From contig OX337230.1 of NCBI GenBank assembly GCA_946965045.2, forward strand, positions 1,550,001 to 1,614,000: a stretch of 64,000 nt of DNA, given 5' to 3'. The DNA is from Epithemia pelagica (lineage: Eukaryota; Protista; Bacillariophyta). Within the stretch, counting starts at the first letter, position 1; the number at the start of each line of letters is the position of its first letter. Positions 20,487-32,466 of the stretch are shown here, piece after piece. The notes under the pieces were generated by a model that worked only from the letters and a program-made list of their open reading frames with translations, was not told the origin of the DNA and did not search any database. Both the position numbers and the translations under genes were made by a program.

Positions 20487-22947
20487 GTGCCTTTCCCGTT
20501 TGATCGGATGATTTCCTCTGCCGTTCCTCCAGCACAGATATACGAGGGACACCCACCCCAAGCCTCATCTTCTACTGAACGGGTAGGAGGAGGGGCCATG
20601 GGTGTCTCTGGTAATGGTGTGGTTATATCACAGACGAACCCTCCGCCATCCATGCCGAATAATCGATTGGCCTATCCTCCTTCACAAACGCAACTCTCAA
20701 TGCCTCCATCTGGTCCAACGGATCCTTCTCCCACTCCCTATCACGGATTTGTGAGCGGTCAGCATCCACAGCAACAACAGCTTCCACCATCATCGCAACA
20801 ACCGTCTCCACAAATACGAGGCTTCTACAATGGTCCACCTGCCGAAGTTGTATCGTTCCCACAGCAGCAGAAACAACAACAGCCTCAAGCTGTTCGAGAA
20901 CTAACATCCAACACGCCATGGACCTTGGGATCAACCGATTCTTCATATGCGATTAACTTGGCCTTGTTTCAAGTACAGCAACAACTTTCTGCTTTGAATG
21001 ATAGGAGTGCTGGACCAGAGACGTCCACTGAAAATCATGAAGCCGAAAATCATCTCAACGACAGGGAACGAGGCTCAAGCGCTGCAGACAATGTTGAGGC
21101 TGCATTGATGTATGAACAGAACGCCGATTGGAAGCTCGCGGCTCTACAAAAGAACCAGTCACTCTATCAAGATCGTCTTTTTTCACAACCCTCAGCAGCT
21201 GTAGAAGCTACTTTGGCAGCAGCATGTGAAGTGATGTCATTTGATATTGCCGAAATGTGGCTACGTACTGGTTTGAAAACCCATCAGCTTACGAATTCAC
21301 ATCTCCGTCCGACTGCACTGGATGAATCAACTCGTAACGATTTGGTCGATGTCTATTACGGTGAGAAATCAGCAGAACGGACCCATAGACTGTCGCCAGC
21401 TTTATGCAAACGTGCCAAGGAAGCAAACGATGTTATATGGGTCTCGGCTCAATCAGAGCGCGATGCCGAGGCTTTACGAGCTTCTATCTCCAACGTCAGA
21501 ACGGCAGTTGCAGTTCCCATTTGTCATGAAGCATCAAATACAAACGTAACGATCATATTTTTTAGTGTTCGGAGGTAAGCAACAACAGCAGGTTCTCAAC
21601 GTGATATTTTGGAAGACACTCACAACCATTACAACTCTATAGAGTTGTTGTACGACCATCCTCAGTTGAATTTCTTGTGCATATGGCCTTGGCTGCTGGA
21701 GTAGCTTCGGCCAATACTGCCGAGGAAATGGGGAATAGTGGAGGTGGTGGTCGCAAAGCGGCAAACGACCCGCTGACCCCGTCGACCAAAGGTCGATCAG
21801 GACGCGGTGCTGTCGAAACTTATTCGAATGATGCGCGGTATGAAAATCGCCGCGAGAACAGTTCCGTCACCGGCGCACCTCTGGATTTGCAGTGGAGACA
21901 GCTTCAAAATGTGGAATACTTGACGGATGGCGGAAGCTCATGGGTGCACACCGCCGTTCTTCAGGGAAGACCTGTTGTTGTAAAAACACTCAAACCAGAA
22001 TGTCAGGATGTATCTGTAGCGCTGAGTGAGATTGAGGCAGAGCTGAACGTTCATGCACGACTAGACCATGAAAACATTGTCCGGTTGGTCGGTGCAGGGA
22101 CTACGAGCAAAAACGTAAGGTTTCTGGTGTTGGAAAGATTAGATGGCGGAACTCTGTCACAAATGCTCGGGTATGATACAAGAATCCGCGACAGAAGGAG
22201 AAGGTTCTGGAAAAGGAAACACTTTTCCTTCGTTGATATGCTTCGAATAGCGAGGTCAATAGCCAGAGCCATGGTCTACTGTCACGAAGAAGCTGTTCCT
22301 GGAAGCATCGTGATCCACCGTGACTTGAAACCAGATAACATAGGTATGTTTGTGCTGAAGTGTGGGGACGCACTCGTTCAAACGGGTGTTCTCAAACGCA
22401 TTTCTTGCTTTTCTTTAATGCAGGATTCACGTTGGACGGTACTGTTAAGGTGCTCGACTTTGGATTGGCAAAAATAATCGAGGATGCTTCCATTGCCACA
22501 AAGGACATTTACGCAATGAGTGGGGAAACAGGTTCACTTCGATACATGGCGCCCGAAGTGGCAGAGGGGACACCATACAATGCTGCTGTGGATGTTTATT
22601 CCTTTGGTATCATGTTATGGGAACTAAATTCTGGAAAGAAACCTTTTGAAGGCTTGAGTCGAGAATCATTCTACGAACAAGTTGTCCATGGTGGTGAACG
22701 ACCACCCATAAAAAGCAAATGGCCCGAGCCTGTGTCAAGTTTAATAACCCAATGCTGGGATGCTGATATGTGGAACCGACCAACATTTCGTGAGATTGTT
22801 GAACGAATTGATGCAATGTTGGAAAAGGAAATTGGAAGCAGTAGCCAGGTGCGACGTGTATCGGGTTCAACTGGATCTAGTGGGGGCAAGAAACCATTAG
22901 TCCAACGAATTTCAGGAATGATTGACCGTCATTCAACCTGGTTCTAA
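20487..22947 (+). CDS. Ser/Thr (TKL-like) protein kinase with an N-terminal GAF-like region; introns 21575-21642 and 22344-22423
   Basis: VVVKTLK, HRDLKPDNI/GF, VLDFGLAK, YMAPE, DVYSFG; upstream FDIAEMWLR..AVAVPIC..IIFFS. Both GT-AG introns restore frame. Confidence 0.88.
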
Positions 22948-23455
22948 AGAAACGACTATGTTGGGAAAACGTGTTGTATTGGAATCGTTCTGTTGAATTC
23001 ATTGCCACCCAGTTTATGCATGCAGAAAAAGAGATTAGATCTACAGCTTAAACAAAAACGAGGTACGACAACACCATAGAGTTGATTATCCCATCTCGGA
23101 CAAATTACTGCTTCATCACTCATCACATCCACATGGCCCTTTAGTGCACGTAGGAGTACTATCTAATCTATGGCCTTCATCATCCAGGGCAAGTTTCCGT
23201 GTTAGGGTTGAGGTTAATGATTGTGCGTAGTACCCCCAGCGGAAGCGGCAGCCCCTAGATCTTTAGGTAAAGAGCGGGGGTGACAATACTCGCATACACG
23301 TCATCGTGTAGAGGATGAAGGATTTACAATAGGCAAGAGTGTAAAAGGTCGTTGGAGGTTGAGTCCGAGATGTGTCACATAGAAATTTTGTGACCATTCG
23401 TGCATGACATAGATTTTGCAACCCAATTGCGATTTGGGATCGGCGGGGGACGACC

Positions 23456-26400
23456 ATGGTGATTGCCGAACTTCCACTATGGGTGACACATCGCGAAACA
23501 TCGTCATCCAAACAACACCAGGCGCAGGTGGGAAAGGTGCAGTCTTCATCTCAGGACACAGAACAGGCTGGATCCAACGCTGATAGTCAATTAGGCAGGG
23601 GAGTCGATATTGGAAAGGACGAGGAAACGAAGGAGGCTGCCTTGGCTTCCTTGGCCCTGTTGCAAGATCATCGGAATCAGTGCGCTATTTATTCGATTGA
23701 TGTACATCCGTTTCTTCCAAAGTTCGCCACTGCTGGAGGGGATGGTACGGTTCGGATTTGGTCGACGGAGACACTCTTTTCTTCGTATCATCGTGGAGGA
23801 CGCTACGATGAAAAAGCGGGCTATATTAGCACAAGCGACGACGATGACTACGACGAGAACGGCAATAGCAACAACGAAGAAGACAACAGCTCCAGTGAAG
23901 ATGGGTCCCGACAAAGAAGAAATCGAAGCTCAAATAATGCCAACGTGGACCAAGGTATCGTTTCTAATTCAGAAAATGAGGACAAGGAAATGAACGACGA
24001 GGGCGACAAAAGGGACGGCAAGGAACAACATGCCAGTGATATGGACGTGGACGAGGACAAATCGGAAACGTCGCAAGAGAAGTCAAAGCATAGACAATCT
24101 GCCGCAATCAACGATCTGAATCAATTGGTCCGTCGCAAGTCATCTAGCAATTCCACTATTCCTCGAATACAACCTCCACCATTGTCCACCAAAGCCAATT
24201 CACGACCTCCCGTAGCAGGCAACAATGAAAAGAAAATATTCTCTTCGGAGAGAGAAGCTCATCGATTACTTTGTACCTTGTCCGCTCATACGGGTTCGTC
24301 TGTTTTGTGCGTTCGATGGTCCGCTCTGGGGAACTTTTTGGCATCGGCCGGAGACGATGGATGTGTTTGCATTTATGCTCCTGCTTCCAAAGCAACCATT
24401 GGGAATTTGGTCGATGTGAAGAATGTGGAGCACTGGTCTCGAATTTTGCTGTGTCGTGGCCACAACTTAGATGTTGTGGGTCTGGCCTGGGCACCGGACG
24501 ATACTCATTTGGTCAGCTGCTCGTTGGATCGGGAAACTCCCATCTTGGTGTGGAAAACAACTGATTTGGCCCGGGGAAATATTCCGGAAGCTCACCACCG
24601 CATGCGCCATCCCTACAAAACTTTGGGCAGGGACGTGCATACCTCAACAGTCAAGGGTGTCACATTTGATCCGGCCGGTTCGTATTTGGCCAGTTCGGGC
24701 GATGACCCTTCTGTGTGTATTTGGAGAGCACATGACGATTGGGGATTGGAAAAACGCATTGATGCCTCCCAGGGAATATTTCGTCAGTGGAAAGAATATG
24801 ATTCCATATCCATGTCGGCGCAGTCTCTTTTTCGGCGCATTAGTTGGGCCACGGACGGATCGTACATTTGTTCTACCAACTCGGTCGTAAAGAACAAGAA
24901 CGTTGCATCCACCATTGCGCGAGATGGATGGGCAGTGGCCACGGACAAAAATCGAACGGCTGGGGCAGCAACGCTTGTCGGACACAAACAACCCATTGTC
25001 GCAAGTCGACATGCCTCGCAATGGCTTGATTCTTCCAAAACCAACGACAAAGCTGATGACAAGGATGAAGATGAAGAGCCTGAATACGCGACTTTACTGG
25101 CCCTTGGTGATAAAAGTGGATTTGTGACAGTCTGGAGTACACGGAAATCGAAACCTGTTTTTAAGTTGCAGTGCAGTGAAACACGATGTACCGTGACAGA
25201 CCTTGCTTGGGGCAAAATCGGCAAAGCAGGTCATATGATGTTGTTCGTGTCCTTGTTGGATGGGCAGGTCGTGGTGGTACGGTTCCATGTTCCTGACGAA
25301 TTGGGACCATTGCTGTCGGATCATGGCCAAGCCAAAGTGTTCCAATTACGATATGGCATTGACTTGCAGATTGAAAAGGGCAAAGATGGTACTGGTGGAG
25401 GAGCATGGCAGCGCACTGGTATGGTCGTGGGGGAACATTCAGGTCCTCAGTTAATTGAAAATACTATTCAAATGAGCTTGGAACGCCAGGTCATGGAAAA
25501 CGATGGCCGGCAAAAGCATGAAGAAAGCGACGACAATGATGAGCCGATGCCAGACGACAATGATGACGACGATCTTAATGGTAGTAGTACGCAAGATCTC
25601 AGATCACGACAGGTTGAAAGTCAAACCAGGGGTGGTAAGAAGCGTGTTCAGCCTGTTCTGGTTTCTGCTGACAGTGGGGAAACTGTCAAACAAGCACGGA
25701 TGGCTGGAACACCTGTCCGCAAATCCAACATGGCGTCACCTGACGTAGTCCAGGATGCCTTGGCGGCGGCTGATCGTGCCGAGGCCATCACAGGAACAAA
25801 AACTGCTGTCAATCGCCCGTCTCCAGCCCGAACACAACAACCACAACAACCACAACAACAGCATCGACAAGCATCACCGCCACTTCATCATCCCTCGCCC
25901 GGAAACAACTTTCAGTCTCCCATGTCGTCGGCGTTTGTCATTCCTCCCAGCTCCGAACGAATTCATTCTATTGATCTTCCCGGTTTGTCCATGTTGGAAG
26001 CCACATCAGGTCTATCCGCTGCTTGTCACAATTCAAGAAGAACTCCCATTGGTACCAGGACTGGTGGAGCCTCGATCCCCTGCATTGACCTTTCTATTAC
26101 TCGAGACGGCCGTGTTGTTTGGAGAGATGAGATCCCAGGAACAGTGTGTACTGCAACTTGTGCTTCTTCACATTTGTGGGCCGTAGGAACCATGGACGGA
26201 AGCGTACAGATGTACGGAACTTCACCGTCCCTGGGATGGGAATGTGGGCAGGCCTTTCGAATTATGGCACCATTAGTGCTTGGATCTACTGTGGTTGAAA
26301 TCCAAATGCAACAAGACCAGTCTACAACCGAAGGCACGACAACGAACCCGATGCTTATCATACTCAGTGATGGTTCCTTCTTTGTTTTCAACATGGCACC

Positions 26401-27328
26401 GAAAGCAAGTCTTCAATACAAGGGCTCCATTCTTCCTGCAATGAACCATGTTGCTTTGAGTTTACCGGTCGAATCCGATGAACGTCCGACTCCAACATTG
26501 TCCAAAACCCGGATGACAAAAGACGGCCACTTGATTATCTTGCTCTCGTTGCAGCGGTCGTCGAAACCTCGTGGTTCTCCGACTTCCACCATCGGAGGTC
26601 GTGGCGTATCGAATGAGTCTCCTCGGCGCGGCCTCAATAACCGTGTCAGGAACAACATTAATAATCAAAACATGGATCACGGGGTGGGAGGTTCCGTTCA
26701 GGCGTTTCAGTACAACAGAGCCATGCAGCTTTGGACACGTGCGTCTGATAGCCGATTTGTATGTTCCGACTATTACCAAATATTGCCTTCGTCGTTGTCG
26801 ACAAAAGGGAAGAAACTGGGCCCTCTGTCAGAACTGGACAACAGCGTTCGTGTGGGAACTCTAGGTTCCTCACTCAAGCCATCTGGACGACCGTCGTCAG
26901 AGTCGGCTCTTGTTCTTTGTTCCGATCCGAGTAGACGAGAGGAAGATGATGGGCGCGGTGCCAAGGCACAGGAGAACTTTATACCAACACGTTCCCACTG
27001 TGAAGATCGCATCGCTTGTGCACTGCAACTTGGGTCAGCACGTGAAGTGAGGCACTGGCTTTTGAAATATATCAAAGCTCTTATTGTCGGGGGACACGAA
27101 TCATCTTTGCGTGTTGTTATTCACACGATCATGAGTACTGGAAACAAAGACTCCTCCATTGCGCGTGGAACAATGCCGTTCTTCCTTTCGTTGGCTTTTG
27201 ACCTTCTGGAGGAGGATCCCATCTCTTTCGTTCGATCCGAGGTACTTCGTCAAATGGGAAAGAACAGGAGCTTGCAAAGATTAACGTCCGAAATTCAATT
27301 AGAGGTCAACAGTCTCATGAATGATTAA
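23456..27328 (+). CDS. HIRA: HIRA histone H3.3 chaperone (WD40 repeats, B-domain, C-terminal Hira domain)
   Basis: IYSIDVHP..FATAGGDGTVRIW, GHNLDVVGLAWAPD, VKGVTFDPAGSYLASSGDD, FRRISWATDG, GGKKRVQP, TRSHCEDRIACAL. Confidence 0.92.
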   Translation: MVIAELPLWVTHRETSSSKQHQAQVGKVQSSSQDTEQAGSNADSQLGRGVDIGKDEETKEAALASLALLQDHRNQCAIYSIDVHPFLPKFATAGGDGTVRIWSTETLFSSYHRGGRYDEKAGYISTSDDDDYDENGNSNNEEDNSSSEDGSRQRRNRSSNNANVDQGIVSNSENEDKEMNDEGDKRDGKEQHASDMDVDEDKSETSQEKSKHRQSAAINDLNQLVRRKSSSNSTIPRIQPPPLSTKANSRPPVAGNNEKKIFSSEREAHRLLCTLSAHTGSSVLCVRWSALGNFLASAGDDGCVCIYAPASKATIGNLVDVKNVEHWSRILLCRGHNLDVVGLAWAPDDTHLVSCSLDRETPILVWKTTDLARGNIPEAHHRMRHPYKTLGRDVHTSTVKGVTFDPAGSYLASSGDDPSVCIWRAHDDWGLEKRIDASQGIFRQWKEYDSISMSAQSLFRRISWATDGSYICSTNSVVKNKNVASTIARDGWAVATDKNRTAGAATLVGHKQPIVASRHASQWLDSSKTNDKADDKDEDEEPEYATLLALGDKSGFVTVWSTRKSKPVFKLQCSETRCTVTDLAWGKIGKAGHMMLFVSLLDGQVVVVRFHVPDELGPLLSDHGQAKVFQLRYGIDLQIEKGKDGTGGGAWQRTGMVVGEHSGPQLIENTIQMSLERQVMENDGRQKHEESDDNDEPMPDDNDDDDLNGSSTQDLRSRQVESQTRGGKKRVQPVLVSADSGETVKQARMAGTPVRKSNMASPDVVQDALAAADRAEAITGTKTAVNRPSPARTQQPQQPQQQHRQASPPLHHPSPGNNFQSPMSSAFVIPPSSERIHSIDLPGLSMLEATSGLSAACHNSRRTPIGTRTGGASIPCIDLSITRDGRVVWRDEIPGTVCTATCASSHLWAVGTMDGSVQMYGTSPSLGWECGQAFRIMAPLVLGSTVVEIQMQQDQSTTEGTTTNPMLIILSDGSFFVFNMAPKASLQYKGSILPAMNHVALSLPVESDERPTPTLSKTRMTKDGHLIILLSLQRSSKPRGSPTSTIGGRGVSNESPRRGLNNRVRNNINNQNMDHGVGGSVQAFQYNRAMQLWTRASDSRFVCSDYYQILPSSLSTKGKKLGPLSELDNSVRVGTLGSSLKPSGRPSSESALVLCSDPSRREEDDGRGAKAQENFIPTRSHCEDRIACALQLGSAREVRHWLLKYIKALIVGGHESSLRVVIHTIMSTGNKDSSIARGTMPFFLSLAFDLLEEDPISFVRSEVLRQMGKNRSLQRLTSEIQLEVNSLMND

Positions 27329-27445
27329 CCCTACACCCACCTACTAAACTTTCAATGTCATACCCTTTATTATCATTATACTTATATAATTAACATATAC
27401 TACGCGACTTTGCTCCCACCCGACAAATCAAAGACACAAGGCAAA

Positions 27446-30400
27446 TCAAGACTGTCCACGTCGGCGTTTTGTAGGAAGGTTTGTTGATCCTCTACCTCCA
27501 GACCTCTTCGCAGGCAACTGACGAGCCTTCGGAGATTTACTATCCTTCGCCGATTTGCTCGGTTTGCCACTTCCGTCCTGATCCTGCTCGGTCAGCCATA
27601 TCGCAGCGGCTTTAATCAATGCATTCATTTGATCGCCACCTGCATCTTCCTTCTCACTGTCGCCTTCTTCCTCCTCGTCGTCGTCCTCCGCTCGTGTCCC
27701 ATCATCGTCTTCTTCCTCCCCCGCATCCCTATCGTCTTCCTCACCACCATCATCGTCTTCTTCCTCACCATCATTGTATACGCCTTCCTCGTCCTCTTGT
27801 TCATCTGATTCAAAGTCTTCATCCGCTTGATTCCCTTCCTCGTCTTCCAGTGCAGTCCACGTACGTTCTGTGTGCAGCCTATCCCACACTTTACGGAAGA
27901 ATGCTTTCTTCCAGCTTCCACTCAGTTCAGCCTTCTGTAAGATACTTCGGTGACTAAGATAGGCCAGGGATGCCTGGATATGTTCAGGACAACGAGAACA
28001 CGCGGATATGTGTGCCTGGAGACTGTTTGCCGTGTTGTCGGTGAGATTTTTGGCAGAAACAGGAAAGTAGCGCCCCAAAGAATTTTTGTTGGCACAGTGC
28101 ATGCACGCCAAACCTGGGAATCCCATGGCACGATCGCGTCCGCGCGATCCAGGGCCAGCTCGACGATCGCTTTTTCGGAATCTACACGGACGAACTTGAC
28201 AGAGCATGAGCAGTACATGGTCTGTGCAAAGTCCTCGGTCTGTTGGTCGAACCATGAGATTTTTGCCCCATGTTCCATCTGGAGTGTTTGACTCTGTGTC
28301 AAGCTCATCAGCGGGGCTTGGCAAAAGCGGGTCACGACGAAATGTCACTCCCCATGATCCAGGGCTCCCAATTCCATCGGGTGGAATATTGGCGAGACCA
28401 ATATCCCTAGCCGAGTCCACCCAATACTGTTGAGCATCGTCATTAGTTATTTTTGCGTCAACTTCGCTAAGAGATCGCACTTTCTGGCGGATCTCCTCCG
28501 GCATTGATGTGCAATTTGGCAAGTACAACCGGATCATATCGGCTACCTTTGTATGAATAGATGACAGCATATCCGGGAAAGCAATACATCCCTCAGACCT
28601 CTCAGAGGCATCCACATTCTTACAAAAAACACATCGTATACCAACTTGACCTACCGCGGGTTGTTTACGGCCATTGTACCCGTCGAGAACATCATTCTTC
28701 TTCAAACTGAACACCTCCACCAAGTCACTACGTGCAAAGCATTCCATCTCTGTCAACCAGTGCGCATCATCCGGTTTGGTAAGTCTGACACATCCTTCGT
28801 ACCAGGGACTGTGGGCCTTCCTCTTGGCCATGCTGGAGGTTCCCTTGGGTTTCGATTTAGGTTTGGTGTCTTCCTCGTCGTCCTCCTCTTCTTCGTTTCC
28901 ACTCTCACCATCATCTTCTGTATCGGTGTCCGATTCGCTCTGGCTCTCATCGGAGTCATCACGCTTGCGCTTGGCTCTCTTCTTTCCTTTCTTTTTCGGG
29001 ACAGGACCAGGCTTTTTGTACAACTTCTTCTTTTTGGTCTCTTTCCTCTCGCCTTTCCCCTCTTCGAAAGGTATACCTTGGATACGGCACCATAATCGGT
29101 GAAAGAACACTTTTCGACCACCGTGCTTTGGTTTGTCTGCCCTCTTACCATCGGGACCCATTCGATTTCGTTTCATAATTTCCAAGTTTTCCCTGATTTC
29201 GATCGGGCAACGACGGCAATTTCGGACGTGGTTCATTATTGTCTGCGACGTCGTAGTCTGGGACAGAGAGGCCTCTGAAGCAGGGAAGTAACGACCACAG
29301 CCTGCTTGACCAACACAGAACCTACAAGCCAAACCAGGAAACCCGACTTGACGTGTCTTGTAGCAACCCACACGATCGGCCTCCATAAGGTTACAGGGAG
29401 CCATTTGTTCCAGAGTTAAATACAAGTAATCTGAGATGAGTGGTTTATCTTCTGGGAACACCAGCGGTCGAGAGTCCACTGGAGGTTGCTGTGGCCGCTC
29501 GAGTGGAACAGAATAGGCCGCATCTTTGGCCTCCTGCTCTTTCTGTGCTTTCTTGTCCTCGCGTTTCTGCTCCGCGGCTGCTTTCTGGGCGAGCTTCTTC
29601 TTTCGATTCTCTTTGTAGTTTACCGATGGTCCAGTCAAGGGTGGTAGAGGCCCAGTTGGATCACGGCCAAAATGAATGCCATGGGGAGTATCCTGTAATC
29701 CAAGACGTTTACCGGAATCGACCCAGTACTGCTTTCGGCCACCTCGACTGCTGCATGACAAACGTAGCTGCTCAATACGACTCCGAACCTGAGCTGGCAT
29801 GGACAGGCAACAATCTAAATGAAGCCGAAGCATTTGCTGCACGGAGTTGTATATACCACTGATTTGGCTTGGATAGGAGGTGGCTTGTTGGCCTCTTTCG
29901 GCAGGATTATCGTCTGTACACAACGGCGAAGTGGTCTGTTAGGAAACATATTTCGAAAGCAGGTTCTCCAAGCACCCTACTCCACTTACGTTTGCAATGC
30001 ATGCACCGAATACCGACTTGCCCAAGCACAATCGGCTTGTTTCTTCCGTGCATGGGAGCGGCTATATCGTCTGTAAAAAGAAATACAATAAAAGGTGAGA
30101 ATATACAAGGAAATGTCTCGCGTCATCCAACACAGTTAGTGATTTACCTTCCGTGGCCCCAAATGCTTCTGCAAAGTTCGACCGTAGATACACCTGGAGT
30201 TCCGATAGCCAGTATTTATCGTCTGCCAAACCCAGAGGTAGACATCCTGTGTACCAACAGTGTTCGCCATTTTCATCTATAATTGTATTGTCGACCTGTC
30301 GATACTGCGGTGTATTTTTCCTACTCATTGGAGTAAGTGCTGTCACCGCGGGCTTCGGTGAAGGTGGCGATGAAGGGGATTCTGGTTCCTCAGACGCGGG

Positions 30401-31186
30401 AGGGGAAGTCGGATTCGAAGTTTCTGTTTTTGGTTTCAACGGCGATTCGCCAGGCTTGGGACCTGAACTCGGATGGCTCGCAGGACTCTTGGGTATCGAA
30501 GATTGGGAGTTTGCGGAAGAGGGAATGGGCTGTGGATGACTTGTCGACGGAGGAGGAAGCGGAGGATGATGAGGCTGATCTCGTGAATAAGTCGGAGGCG
30601 GAGGAGGGCGCTGGGCAGCCCCGGCCTGTTGGTCATGACTGTAAGGTGCTGCTTGGGGAGGATAACCAGGCGGTGGTGCGTATCGCGGGTCGTGAGGAGG
30701 CATATGACCATACGGATAACCAGCAGGAGGTAAACCATGTGGCGGGTGCTGGTGATGACGCTGTTGTTCTGCGTACAGACGAGCAACAGCTGCGGCTTGT
30801 TGCCCTTGTTGTCCATCACCAGGAGGCAATCCGTAAGGAGGGGCGGATGCCGGGTGATCTACAGCACCAGCCATGGAACCATAAGGAGGCCGTGCAAATG
30901 AAGGGTGTGGCGCGTGGCCTCCATGTTGACCCGGTCGTGGATAGTAAGGGGCACCCCCATGTTCCGCACCAAGCATTCCAGGTTGGTGATGACCGAGAGC
31001 AGAGAGAGCTTGGTGGTGATTCGCAGCAGCCATTTGCTGGCGGCGAAACTCCTCCTGAAGGTGTCGTTCTTTTTCATGACCATTAACATTAGAATGATAT
31101 GGGATACTCTGGACGGTAATTCCGAAGGAAAGACTCTTACCTATTTCGGCGGCTTCATCGAATTGCTGCCCGCCGCCAAACGACAT
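27446..31186 (-). CDS. Large protein with two copies of a paired Cys/His-containing diatom-type module and a Pro/His/Gln-rich N-terminus; intron 30071-30147
   Basis: Repeated YWLSELQ/HWLTEMEC..VGIRC and GFPGLAC.[FH]C..GRYFP blocks; the GT-AG intron joins the 374-aa ORF to the frame of the 825-aa ORF. Function unknown. Confidence 0.75.
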
Positions 31187-32466
31187 ATTCTCGTCAAATC
31201 GCTTTAGTCAATCCTTCGAAATAGGATTACTTTGATATAGAATCAACCTGAAAGGAGCGAAAAACAGTTCCAATAGCGTTCTTGAGAAAGACAATTCGCA
31301 GCTAACAAATGATAACGGAGGGTGAAAAGAGAGCGAGATAGGAACCAGATCGGGGTTGGGAGTTGAGAGCAGCAAAGCTTCCAGATCGCTGTCGTGAAAA
31401 AGTGACAATAGAACGGGCCTGAGTACACAACGTAGCGCTCCGAAGCACACTTTCTGAATCCACCTCACGTAGAAATCAGAGCCCAGTTTAAACGTACGAA
31501 AACAATCCCAACCCGATACACGCTAGGGTGTTGCAAACGAATTGCGGCGCTCACAATGTGACCGCTCGATACGCAAACTGAAGTAACAAAAACACGGAAA
31601 ATGGCGACATCGTACCGTAATCAAACTATGGACGTCGGTTTCCTTTATGGCAAGGATAAGGCCAGAAAAGATGAAATGAAGGGAAAGGGAAATCGACCGT
31701 TCACCTGAAACGTTTGTTCGTAGTCCATCGACCAGTTCCTGCCTCCGGACGAGACCAACAGCAACAGCAGCTGATCCTTTGTGTGTTGTTTATCCACGTA
31801 TCCCACTCCCAGAGACCGGTGGAACCTATGTCGCCAGCCGGGCTTTTTTTGATCATAATGTGAAGGCTTGGGAGTGCGTTCCCGTAGTACTCTATTTTCA
31901 GTTATATACGTCGTCTTTGGCACGCTGTGCGCGAAAACTCTCTATTATTTTTGGGGGAAATAGTAGAAGAAATTTATAGGTTTAAACCAGCCCTCGCTTC
32001 ACGGGAGGAAGTCACTCTGGTTAGGATTTGGAGTATTCGACAAAGTGTACTATTAGCGGAGGGGGAGGGGGGGTGTACGAGGTACGAGTATTGATGTTGC
32101 CCCCCCACCAACCTTTGAGGCTAGAGGGGGTATGGGGGTTGTATGGGCTAAACAGTGGGTGGTGGGGGTATTTTCCAGTTCCAGGTTGGAGTAGTGCAAG
32201 TAGGTAGAGTATTAATTTTTTATTCACACCACCACATGCACGCCGCTGGGCCTTCCCATGAACCTCTCCTTTTCCTAAAACCAACCGGGAAAGGGCAATC
32301 TCGTGATCAACAGTCTACATACACAGACATTATAAAGCTGCCTTACATATTACATACAATCACAAGAAAAAGGCATACCTAGAGTTACAAACCACTTCAA
32401 CAGGATGAAAGTGATGCCCAAAACCGAGCCGCACATTCCACCACGGCAACAAGGTATTATCAGGCA

